A stretch of DNA of 64,000 nucleotides from a candidate division FCPU426 bacterium (GTDB lineage Bacteria > Oederibacteriota > Muellerivitia > Muellerivitales > Muellerivitaceae), in the NCBI GenBank assembly GCA_963796105.1, contig CAWCKJ010000013.1:27882-91881 (forward strand), given 5' to 3'. Shown one piece after another: positions 51,457 through 62,000 of the stretch (position 1 is its first letter; each line of letters opens with the position of its first letter). Position numbers and translations under genes: made by a program. Under the pieces are notes generated by a model that saw only the letters and a list, made by a program, of their open reading frames with translations, searched no databases and was not told the DNA's origin.

Positions 51457-53016
51457 ATGATGTGGTTCCAGAAAATGGAACTACAGAAACCGGAAGGAAA
51501 AGGAGTGTACAAAGACATGGACAAATGGACGAAAATCCGCAAGAAAATCCTGGTGGAGGGCGTTCCCAAGCGCCAGGTGATGGCAGAAGAAGGCATTCAC
51601 TGGGAAACCCTCAAGAAAATACTCGCCAATAGTGAGCCTCCAGGTTACCAAATGAGTCAAGAGAGGCCCCAACCGAAGGTAGGGCCTTTCCTGGGTCGGA
51701 TCAAGCAAATCCTGGAGGACGACAAGCACGTCCACAAAAAACAGCGCCACAGCGCTAAGCGCATTTTTGAACGCCTGAAAGCCGAAGATGGATACACCGG
51801 CTGTTATACCCAGGTAAAAAGAGCGGTCCGGGGGATTAAAAAGAGAAATAGCGAGGTGTTCGTACCTTTGATCCACCGACCCGGCGAGGCGCAGGTGGAT
51901 TTTGGGCACGCCTTGGTGAAGCTCAACGGTGTGTTGGTCAAACGTCCGTTTTTTGTAATGGCCTTGCCCTATTCGGATGCCTTTTTCGTACAGATGTTTG
52001 AGCGAGAGAGTACGGAGTTTGTGTGGGAAGGCCACATCCGGGCTTTTGAATACTTTGGTGGAGTGCCCTGGCGGATCAGTTACGACAACGCCAAAACCCT
52101 CGTGACGAAAATTATCGGGGTGCATAAACGGGTGTTGGCACGGAGTTTTCAGCAGTTGGAAAGCCACTATCTCTTTGATCACCACTTTTGCACGATACGC
52201 CGTGGAAATGAAAAAGGTGTCGTGGAAGGCGGGGTGAAATATGTCCGGCTAAATTTCATGGTGCCAGTGCCGCAAGTGGGAACCCTAGAAGAACTAAACG
52301 AACAATTGAAAGTGAAATGCCGCGAGGATCTCGAACGAAAATTGCGCGGCAAGTTCCTCCCCAAAAAACAGCTTCTTGACGAGGATAAGGCCAAATTCCG
52401 GCCTTTGCCGGCCACATCTTTTGACGCCTGTCTGAAGCAGTCCACAACGGCAACGTCCTCGTCCCTGGTGCGTTTCGACACCAACGACTATTCTGTGCCT
52501 TCGGAGTGGGCACACCATCCTGTAGTGGTGAAGGGATACATCGACCGGGTGGATGTTTTCTACAGGGACAAACGTATTGCGAAGCATGATCGCCTTTGGT
52601 GCAAGGAAGGCATATCCTTCAATCCAGTGCATTATTTGGCGATCTTGGAGGGAAAACCGGGAGCATTTGATCATGCCAGACCCCTGGAAGACTGGAATCT
52701 TCCGGAAAGTTTCACCCTTCTGCACCGCCGTATGAAATCCAAGGAAAAGCTCCACGGCGAGGGAACACGGGAATTCATCAAGACGATGAGGCTTTTGGAA
52801 AAACATTCCATGGGCAGGCTCCACCGGGCAGTGAAGAAGGCCGTGGGGATGGAGATCTATACCCGAGACGCTGTCGCTCAACTTCTCTACTCCAGGGAAG
52901 ATTTCAGGCTAACCACCTTCAGCCTTGCCGGTCGTGAGCACTTGCGTCATGTTCAGGTGGCCCGGACGGATCTTTCGGCCTACCGCGAACTGATGCCCGC
53001 GGGAGGTGAAGCATGA
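51457..53016 (+). CDS. istA: IS21 transposase IstA (start may be 51517)
   Basis: PGEAQVDFG, YDNAK, NEKGVVE DDE motifs. Confidence 0.94.
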   Translation: MMWFQKMELQKPEGKGVYKDMDKWTKIRKKILVEGVPKRQVMAEEGIHWETLKKILANSEPPGYQMSQERPQPKVGPFLGRIKQILEDDKHVHKKQRHSAKRIFERLKAEDGYTGCYTQVKRAVRGIKKRNSEVFVPLIHRPGEAQVDFGHALVKLNGVLVKRPFFVMALPYSDAFFVQMFERESTEFVWEGHIRAFEYFGGVPWRISYDNAKTLVTKIIGVHKRVLARSFQQLESHYLFDHHFCTIRRGNEKGVVEGGVKYVRLNFMVPVPQVGTLEELNEQLKVKCREDLERKLRGKFLPKKQLLDEDKAKFRPLPATSFDACLKQSTTATSSSLVRFDTNDYSVPSEWAHHPVVVKGYIDRVDVFYRDKRIAKHDRLWCKEGISFNPVHYLAILEGKPGAFDHARPLEDWNLPESFTLLHRRMKSKEKLHGEGTREFIKTMRLLEKHSMGRLHRAVKKAVGMEIYTRDAVAQLLYSREDFRLTTFSLAGREHLRHVQVARTDLSAYRELMPAGGEA

Positions 53017-53789
53017 GCGAATCAAAAAAGACCCTCTTACTGGAACATCATCTCAAAAAACTCAAACTGCCCACGATGCAGCGCGAGTACGACAAGATGG
53101 CCCAGCTCTGCCGCACTGAGCGCAGCGACTATCCCCAGTACCTTCTCAAGCTGGCCGAGTTAGAGCTTCTGGATCGGGAGCGCCGGGCCAAGGAGAGGCG
53201 CATCCGGGATGCCGGTTTTCCCGTGCTCAAGACTTTGGACACATTTGATTTCAAGGCCCAGCCCTCGATCAACCAGGAATTAATCCGGGAACTCATGCGG
53301 GGCGAGTACATGGACAAAAAAGAAAACATCCTGCTGATCGGCAACTCCGGAACGGGTAAAACCCATCTGGCCTCGGCCCTAGCCTTCCAGGCCTGTTGCC
53401 AGGGCCGAGCGGTAAAGTTCTTCTCCGTCACCGGCCTAGTGACGGAGCTTCTGGAGCGCCGGGAGGAGAAACAATTGGCCAAGTTCCACCGTCAGCTAGC
53501 CAGGCTCCATCTGATCGTCCTGGATGAACTGGGTTACGTGCCTTTCACCAAGGCGGGGGCCGAGTTGCTCTTCGAGGTTGTCAGCAAGGCCTACGAGCGG
53601 ACCAGCCTGCTGGTAACGACCAACCTGCCCTTCGAAAACTGGGTGGAAATCATGGGTTCTGAGAGGATGACGGGGGCTCTTATTGACCGTTTGACCCATC
53701 GGGTGCATATTCTGGAGGCCAACGGCCAAAGTTATAGATTAACAGAATCGAAAAAACGGCTAAGGCACAAAGACAAGAAGGAAGGGTAA
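53013..53789 (+). CDS. istB: IS21 AAA+ helper IstB
   Basis: GNSGTGKTH, LDELGY, TTNLPF, DRLTH. Confidence 0.95.
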   Translation: MSESKKTLLLEHHLKKLKLPTMQREYDKMAQLCRTERSDYPQYLLKLAELELLDRERRAKERRIRDAGFPVLKTLDTFDFKAQPSINQELIRELMRGEYMDKKENILLIGNSGTGKTHLASALAFQACCQGRAVKFFSVTGLVTELLERREEKQLAKFHRQLARLHLIVLDELGYVPFTKAGAELLFEVVSKAYERTSLLVTTNLPFENWVEIMGSERMTGALIDRLTHRVHILEANGQSYRLTESKKRLRHKDKKEG

Positions 53790-53893
53790 AGACTAAAGAC
53801 AAACCAACGACCATGAACCGTAAGGCTCGTGGAAGGCGGGGGGTGTCACACTTTTGGACCGCCCACCGTCACACTTTTCAACCGGCGGGGACA

Positions 53894-55421
53894 AAACAGC
53901 TTCTTGACGAGGATAAGGCCAAATTCCGGCCTTTGCCGGCCACATCTTTTGACGCCTGTCTGAAGCAGTCCACAACGGCAACGTCCTCGTCCCTGGTGCG
54001 TTTCGACACCAACGACTATTCTGTGCCTTCGGAGTGGGCACACCATCCTGTAGTGGTGAAGGGATACATCGACCGGGTGGATGTTTTCTACAGGGACAAA
54101 CGTATTGCGAAGCATGATCGCCTTTGGTGCAAGGAAGGCATATCCTTCAATCCAGTGCATTATTTGGCGATCTTGGAGGGAAAACCGGGAGCATTTGATC
54201 ATGCCAGACCCCTGGAAGACTGGAATCTTCCGGAAAGTTTCACCCTTCTGCACCGCCGTATGAAATCCAAGGAAAAGCTCCACGGCGAGGGAACACGGGA
54301 ATTCATCAAGACGATGAGGCTTTTGGAAAAACATTCCATGGGCAGGCTCCACCGGGCAGTGAAGAAGGCCGTGGGGATGGAGATCTATACCCGAGACGCT
54401 GTCGCTCAACTTCTCTACTCCAGGGAAGATTTCAGGCTAACCACCTTCAGCCTTGCCGGTCGTGAGCACTTGCGTCATGTTCAGGTGGCCCGGACGGATC
54501 TTTCGGCCTACCGCGAACTGATGCCCGCGGGAGGTGAAGCATGAGCGAATCAAAAAAGACCCTCTTACTGGAACATCATCTCAAAAAACTCAAACTGCCC
54601 ACGATGCAGCGCGAGTACGACAAGATGGCCCAGCTCTGCCGCACTGAGCGCAGCGACTATCCCCAGTACCTTCTCAAGCTGGCCGAGTTAGAGCTTCTGG
54701 ATCGGGAGCGCCGGGCCAAGGAGAGGCGCATCCGGGATGCCGGTTTTCCCGTGCTCAAGACTTTGGACACATTTGATTTCAAGGCCCAGCCCTCGATCAA
54801 CCAGGAATTAATCCGGGAACTCATGCGGGGCGAGTACATGGACAAAAAAGAAAACATCCTGCTGATCGGCAACTCCGGAACGGGTAAAACCCATCTGGCC
54901 TCGGCCCTAGCCTTCCAGGCCTGTTGCCAGGGCCGAGCGGTAAAGTTCTTCTCCGTCACCGGCCTAGTGACGGAGCTTCTGGAGCGCCGGGAGGAGAAAC
55001 AATTGGCCAAGTTCCACCGTCAGCTAGCCAGGCTCCATCTGATCGTCCTGGATGAACTGGGTTACGTGCCTTTCACCAAGGCGGGGGCCGAGTTGCTCTT
55101 CGAGGTTGTCAGCAAGGCCTACGAGCGGACCAGCCTGCTGGTAACGACCAACCTGCCCTTCGAAAACTGGGTGGAAATCATGGGTTCTGAGAGGATGACG
55201 GGGGCTCTTATTGACCGTTTGACCCATCGGGTGCATATTCTGGAGGCCAACGGCCAAAGTTATAGATTAACAGAATCGAAAAAACGGCTAAGGCACAAAG
55301 ACAAGAAGGAAGGGTAAAGACTAAAGACAAACCAACGACCATGAACCGTAAGGCTCGTGGAAGGCGGGGGGTGTCACACTTTTGGACCGCCCACCGTCAC
55401 ACTTTTCAACCGGCGGGGACA
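53894..55421 (+). mobile_element. Partial tandem copy of IS21 (3' istA, istB, IRR)
   Basis: Matches 52366-53893 at a 1,528-bp offset wherever compared. Confidence 0.92.
54541..55317 (+). CDS. istB: IstB, second copy
   Basis: Protein identical to 53013..53789. Confidence 0.93.
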   Translation: MSESKKTLLLEHHLKKLKLPTMQREYDKMAQLCRTERSDYPQYLLKLAELELLDRERRAKERRIRDAGFPVLKTLDTFDFKAQPSINQELIRELMRGEYMDKKENILLIGNSGTGKTHLASALAFQACCQGRAVKFFSVTGLVTELLERREEKQLAKFHRQLARLHLIVLDELGYVPFTKAGAELLFEVVSKAYERTSLLVTTNLPFENWVEIMGSERMTGALIDRLTHRVHILEANGQSYRLTESKKRLRHKDKKEG

Positions 55422-55767
55422 CCACTGAGAATGCCGTTCAGACGCAGATTTGGACAGCATTGATTGCCATGCTACTGTTGAAGTTCCTTCAATTGAAGAG
55501 CCGGATCGCCTGGAGTTTATCCCACTTGGCTGCCATGCTACGGATGAACCTGTTGACCTATCGTGATTTGTGTGCCTGGTTGGATGCACCGTTCCTAGTG
55601 GCGAGACTGGAACCTTTGGAAAAGCAGATGGAATTAATACATTCTTAATTTGGACAGCATCAGGACGAAAGAGGGGGGGCTTATCCCAGAAAATTCACGA
55701 GCCTGTCCTAAATCGCTTGTTTTCCTGGGAGGTTCAAAGACAAATAGGTTTATCTAGGACAGCAGTG
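55422..55767 (+). pseudogene. IS4-family transposase C-terminal remnant with probable right end
   Basis: TENAVQTQIWTALIAMLLL...LRMNL...WL..PF. GGACAGCAGTG end-like motif at 55757-55767. Confidence 0.7.
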
Positions 55768-56001
55768 ATTTTATTAATGAAAATCGGCTTATTTTCGCGA
55801 TTAAACCAGCTTAATAATTATTTGGACAATTCTTTACATCTCAGTCATTTAGCAGGAAAATCACATTTGAAAACGGTTTAATTAGAGCTTTTAAATAGCT
55901 GCCCTTGAAGGGGAGCCATTACATAGGGAAAAGCTTAAGTCGCGAATGACTTAAAACCATTTTAGTTAGGCAGCTTTTCCACAAATATATTTGGTGAAAA
56001 A

Positions 56002-59000
56002 ATGTCTTTTGCCTCAAAAAAACATTTAAAACCCTATCTTCTCGCGGGAACGCTTTTCTCAGTATTTTTCCTCAGAAATACCTCGGTTGTTCTTGCCCAA
56101 GCCTATGGCACGATGTATGGAACCATCGCCAACATCAACAGCGGCAATCCCAACCATCCCTTTGGCCAGTACCTCAATCCCCCCTGTGGAATTAAATCCA
56201 GCCCCCCAGGAGTCACGGACTCCGATATGACAGTCATGTGGAAACAATATTACCAGCTATATGTTAATTCCATAGTCGAGTACACAGGGGAGACCGTCAG
56301 CGGAATTCCCTTGATCGCCAATTTCGCGCTTAACAACGGCGGGAACAATCATCATGCCTTATCCGAAAGCATGGGGTACTCATTACTCATCGCGGCTAAT
56401 TTCGCGGACAAGCCGCTCTTCGACGGCCTTTATATGTTTGTCAAAACCCACATGCTCAAGGTAAACAACCAATGCGATAATTTGGTGGATTACATGGCTA
56501 ATTGGGAAATCAGCATGACTGCCCCATTCGGGGTCAATGGCTGCGACACGGCCATGGATGGCGACGAGGATATCGCAATGGGGCTTCTTACCGCCAGCAA
56601 GCAATGGGCGTCCACGGGGACCATTAATTACGCGGCTGAGGCCCAGACCATGATCGGAAGCATGCTGGATTCTTCCCCCAACCCCAATACGAGTCCTGTA
56701 TCACCCTGGTACCATGATGTGGATCTTTGGTATTACCCCACCAGCGGGGATACCTTTGCCATCAGTGGCGTTGCCGGTGGCATTTACGCGGACTATATGT
56801 CACCGGGTTATTACCGCTGTTGGGGAAATACCTACAGTGGAGTGACTTATTCCGGCCGAGGGGTTCCGGGTTCGGCTTGGGTGACGGTGGCCAATAACAC
56901 GGTCAATGCCATTAACACCGCCGACGCGGCTGTAGGGAACCACGGAATTAATGCCGACAATATGACCTATACGGGCGAGTCCGCCACAACCGCTCCTACC
57001 GGTTTTGCTTATGGCGGCACCACCGCCAGCGCGGAAGGAATGAGGGGCCCTTACCGTTACGTGATGGATGTGGTTTACAACTGCAATACCGGTCTTCAAG
57101 CCTTTATTCAACACACGAATACTTCCCTTAAAACGGGGGGGCCGGCTTCCAACGCGAACGGGGGAAAAGCCCCTTGGAATGTCCCTGAGCAATGGAGCAC
57201 CAATGGAACCTGGGCCGCGGGCCTGCCGGGCCAATGGGCCATGGGGACAGAGGCCGCCGTGGCTACCGGTTCAGGTGACCAGACCTGGGCGAATGAGACA
57301 TACCGGCTTGCTTCCACATATCAATTGGTCGGCCAGTGGGCGGGAGGAACTGATTATGCCCCTACTTCCCTTATCTATTACAACAACGACTTAGATATTC
57401 TTGGTTTGCTCATCAATACGGGAAATTTCGCATGGCCTTGTAACACGACCGAGTGGGGCACACCGAACCTGAAGATTTCCGAGGATGTAAGCAAGACCGT
57501 CGGTTGCCCCGGCGATACTTTAACCTACACTTTGGTTTATAAGAACGTTGGGGCCGCTACTGCCACAGGAGTGACGATCCGGGATACCATTCCTACCAAC
57601 GCCACCTATGTTTCCTCAAATCCGTCAGCGACAAATAGCGGCGGGATTTTGACTTGGAGCGCGACAAATGTGGCCCCCAATACCCCAGCTACCATAAGCC
57701 TAGTCATGCAAATCGCCTCTAGCGCTACCTCGGGCCAGACGGTCATCAATACCGCTGACGCTATCCCAAACGCGGGCCACGGCGGTACCACGAGCCCTTA
57801 CTTTGACGTGGCCAGCCCCCGTTACCGGATGAATTGGGTGGATGTGGTGGATTGCGCCTTGTCCACGACTAAATCCGCCAACAAGACCATGGTCAACCCG
57901 GGGGACACTGTCACTTTCACGCTTACATATAAAAACGGCTCACATGAGCGATTGGGACGCGCCCGACCCGAGGTTTTCGTCCAATTCACGAACCAAGGGG
58001 GGCCCACTACGCCTACTTCCGCGTCCAGCTTTGAAACAGGGTTCCGTTTCTACAATGAGTCCATGGAGGACATTTACCTGGGGAATTACCGGGTGGACTA
58101 CTTCCTTTACGACATCAGCGCCGGGGTGAACATGTGCGGAAGCACGGGCAACAATTACCTGGCCCAGGTAACCTACGATACTTCCGGCGGAGGCGTTACG
58201 GTCCAGGATCTTCCTATGGTGACTGGCGGGAGTGGAAGTGTCAGCTGGAACCAGAAATTGGTCATGCAGTGGAACGGCGGGGTCACCATCCCCAACATGC
58301 CTTCCAGCCTTTTGATGGACCGCTACCTTATCCAGCAGTGGAACGGGGACGGGGGCCAGGTGCAGACTTATATCAATTGGTCGCGCCAGTCGGGAAACAT
58401 GAACGTGGCGGATGATTACAGCTATATCAGCGAAGCCGCAACGGTCCATATTAAAACCAACACGACCGACCCGGCGGGATACGCCGACCCCAACAACGGC
58501 TCTGGAACGGCGGCGGTCACAAACATGTTGGTGGAAGAATGGGATGGCTCCACTTGGCGCTCCGTGGCTGGTAACGCCCCTTATTACGGCCGGGATGTCC
58601 TCAACGCGGTCCTCGCCGATAACCTGAACTCCAACTTCACTTTCTGCGGCTTCATCAATCCCCCTTGTGACGCTGTAACGGGGGTCAACGGCAACGCCAT
58701 CTCCTGGGTCTGGCCGCGCCTGATGGCAACGGAATCGGGGACTGTGACCTATTGCGCCATCGTCAAGAGCAGCGCGGCGGCCTGCCAGACTATCACCAAC
58801 CTCGCTACCTTAAGCGACCCGCTCGGCGTTGAAAAAACCGCGACGTCCAATACCGTGTCCATTACGGTTGCCTGTACCCCGATACCCACACCCACTCCAA
58901 CCCCGGCTGAAATCACCAAATCCGCCAACCCTACCACGGTCAGTCCCGGGGGTAACGTGACTTATACCCTCATTTACACCAACAAGAATTCGGGAGCGGC

Positions 59001-62000
59001 TACCGAGACCTTCCCCGGCACCACATTAAGCGGGTGGACCACCGTCGCTGGCACTCTCCCCGTTACCGATTGGGTTCCCGGCAATGGAAACGGCTCGGTC
59101 ACCATGAATACTTGGGGTACCTCCGGTATCGTCAAAAGCGGTTTTTACGGCACGAACGGAACATTTAGTTTCACTCTCTATGAGCCTTCCTCCCAGCCAG
59201 CGGGAGCCATTTTGCGCCAGTCTGGAAACAGTTTTTATTACGTTTACATCAATGGAAACACTTATCCCAATGCGGCGACAGTTGACCTGCTTTATACCAC
59301 CAATGCCGGGTCTTCCTTCACCACCCTGGGGACCGGTTCCTTTGTCGGCCCGGAAACCGGCGGAACCGGCACGACCGGACCCATCAACGTGATGGTGGTC
59401 ATGAGCGGAAGTTTAATCAACGTATATGTATCCACCAATGGCGGACCCTTCAATCTGGATTTGAGCGTTACCGATACTTCCCTCGCCGGGCCTGGTAATT
59501 TCGGCCTTTATGCCCAGGCGAGCGGGGTGATTTTCAGCAATGTATCGCTACTAGCCGATTACGCCGGCAATGCGACGATTTACGACACGATCCCGGCCAA
59601 CATGACTTATGTCAGCGGCGGCACTGACACTGGCGGTGTTGTCAGCTTCAACGTGGGCAACGTCGCCCCCGGCGCCAGTGTGACGGAAACTTTCATTGCT
59701 CAAGTCAGCGGCAGTGCGACGTCAGGGACAGTGATCCCAAATATCGGAACCATGTCGGCGGGGGACCGCTCGCCAGAGAGTTCCCTTACGGCCAATGTGA
59801 CTGTCAGCGGAGCTCCGGTCGCCACAGCCACACCAACCCGGACATTCACGCTTACCCCGACGGTTTCCTTGACTTTTACCCCCACCCCCACTTTGACGAA
59901 CACCTATACGCCTACGGCCACGCCCACAAGGACCAATACGCCGACACCCACACCCACAAACACCCCGACTCCGTCACCCACCCGCACCAATACCCCGACG
60001 AACACGAATACACCCACGCCAACTCCCACCGCGACGAATACTCCGACGCCGACACCCACAAGGACCAATACGCCGACACCCACACCCACAAACACCCCAA
60101 CTCCTTCACCCACCCGCACCAATACCCCGACGAACACGAGTACCCCCACGCCAACCCCCACCGCGACGAATACTTCGACGCCGACACCCACAAGGACCAA
60201 TACTCCTACCCCCACGAACACAAACACCCCGACGCCGACCCCCACGCGCACCAATACGCCCACCCCAACAAATACGAATACGCCCACGCCAAGTCCCACC
60301 GCGACGAACACACCGACACCGTCGCCTACTCATACAAATACCCCCACCGCGACCAACACATATACGCCCACTCCAACCCCCACCCCGACGAGTACTCCGA
60401 CACCTTCACCTACGCGTACCAATACGCCAACCCCCACCCCGACGAATACCGCTACTAACACGTTTACACCGACACCCACCCGGACTAATACCCCAACGCC
60501 GACGAACACGAATACCCCCACGCCAACTTTTACGGCCACGAATACATATACCCCCACGAATACCCCGACGCCGACACCTACAAGGACCAATACTCCTACC
60601 CCCACTCCGACTAACACGCCGACACCCACACCCACTAGGACCAACACCCCGACGCCGACTGCGACAAACACATGGACTTCCACCTACACCCCCACTCCAA
60701 CGCCAACGCCTACAAACACTCCGACACCCACACCCACGAGGACTTCCACGCCTACGCCCACCGTAACGAAAACCTACACGACGACGTACACAGCGACGAA
60801 CACCTATACTGGGACGCAATCGCCGACGAATACCCCGACGATCAGCTATACGCCGACCAATACGCCAACCCGGACGAACACGCCTACTCCGACGAACACC
60901 TGGACGAATACCTATACGGCGACGAATACGAGGACACCGACACCCACAGCTACGGCTACCAATACAGCGACCAATAGTCCGACGCCCACATTCAGTAACA
61001 CGCCTACTCCGACGAACACCTGGACGAATACCTATACGGCGACAAACACACGGACGAATACGCCTACGCCCACTGTAACGAATACCTATACGGCAACTTT
61101 CACGCCAACAAACACATCCACGGGAACACAGTCGGCGACGCCGACTTATACGAACACCCCGACGAACACCAAAACAAACACGCCGACGAATACAGCGACG
61201 AATACGAGGACACCGACACCCACAGCTACGGCTACCAATACAGCGACCAATAGTCCGACGCCTACATTCAGCAACACCCCCACCGCGACGAACACCTGGA
61301 CGAATACCTATACGGCGACGAATACGAGGACTTCCACGCCAACCAACACGGTGACGAACACCTATACGGCAACTTTCACGCCAACAAACACATCTACGGG
61401 AACACAGTCGGCGACGCCGACTTATACGAACACCCCGACGAACACCAAAACAAACACGCCGACGAACACGGCGACGAACACGCATACACCGACGAATAGC
61501 CCGACACCCAGCAACACGCCCACTCCCACGAACACCTGGACGAATACTTATACGGCGACGAATACGAGGACACCCACACCTACGCCCACTGTAACGAACA
61601 CCTATACGGCGACGAACACCTGGACGAATACGCCCACGCCGACGCCGAGCCCGACGGTGACGAACACAAGGACCTGGACGCCGACGGTGACTTTGACGCC
61701 CACGGGGACACAGCCGCCGACGAGCACTTTCACGAACAGCCCGACAGTCACGAATACCTATACGCCGACAAACACCTATACGGCGACGAATACGAGGACG
61801 AACAGCCCCACGGCGACCGTGACGAACACTTATACGCAGACGAACACCTGGACATCCACGAATACGCCGACTGAGACATTTACATGGACGGACACTTATA
61901 CGGCGACGCAAAGCTATACGCCGACGTCCACGCGCACGGCAACCAATACTTATACGCCGACAAATACCTATACGGCGACGAATACCAAGACGCAGACGAA

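Larger units (their letters stand above)
51376..53893 (+). mobile_element. IS21-family insertion sequence
   Basis: IRL TGTAAACGCCGTTCCAAAAGTGTGACGG, IRR reverse complement TGTCCCCGCCGGTTGAAAAGTGTGACGG, internal AAAAGTGTGAC repeats, istA-istB. Confidence 0.95.

Noticed and set aside
53813..54544. 243-aa ORF, and ORF 55382..55648, as novel genes
   Set aside because: Chimeric read-throughs from the IS21 right end into istA and IS4 fragments.
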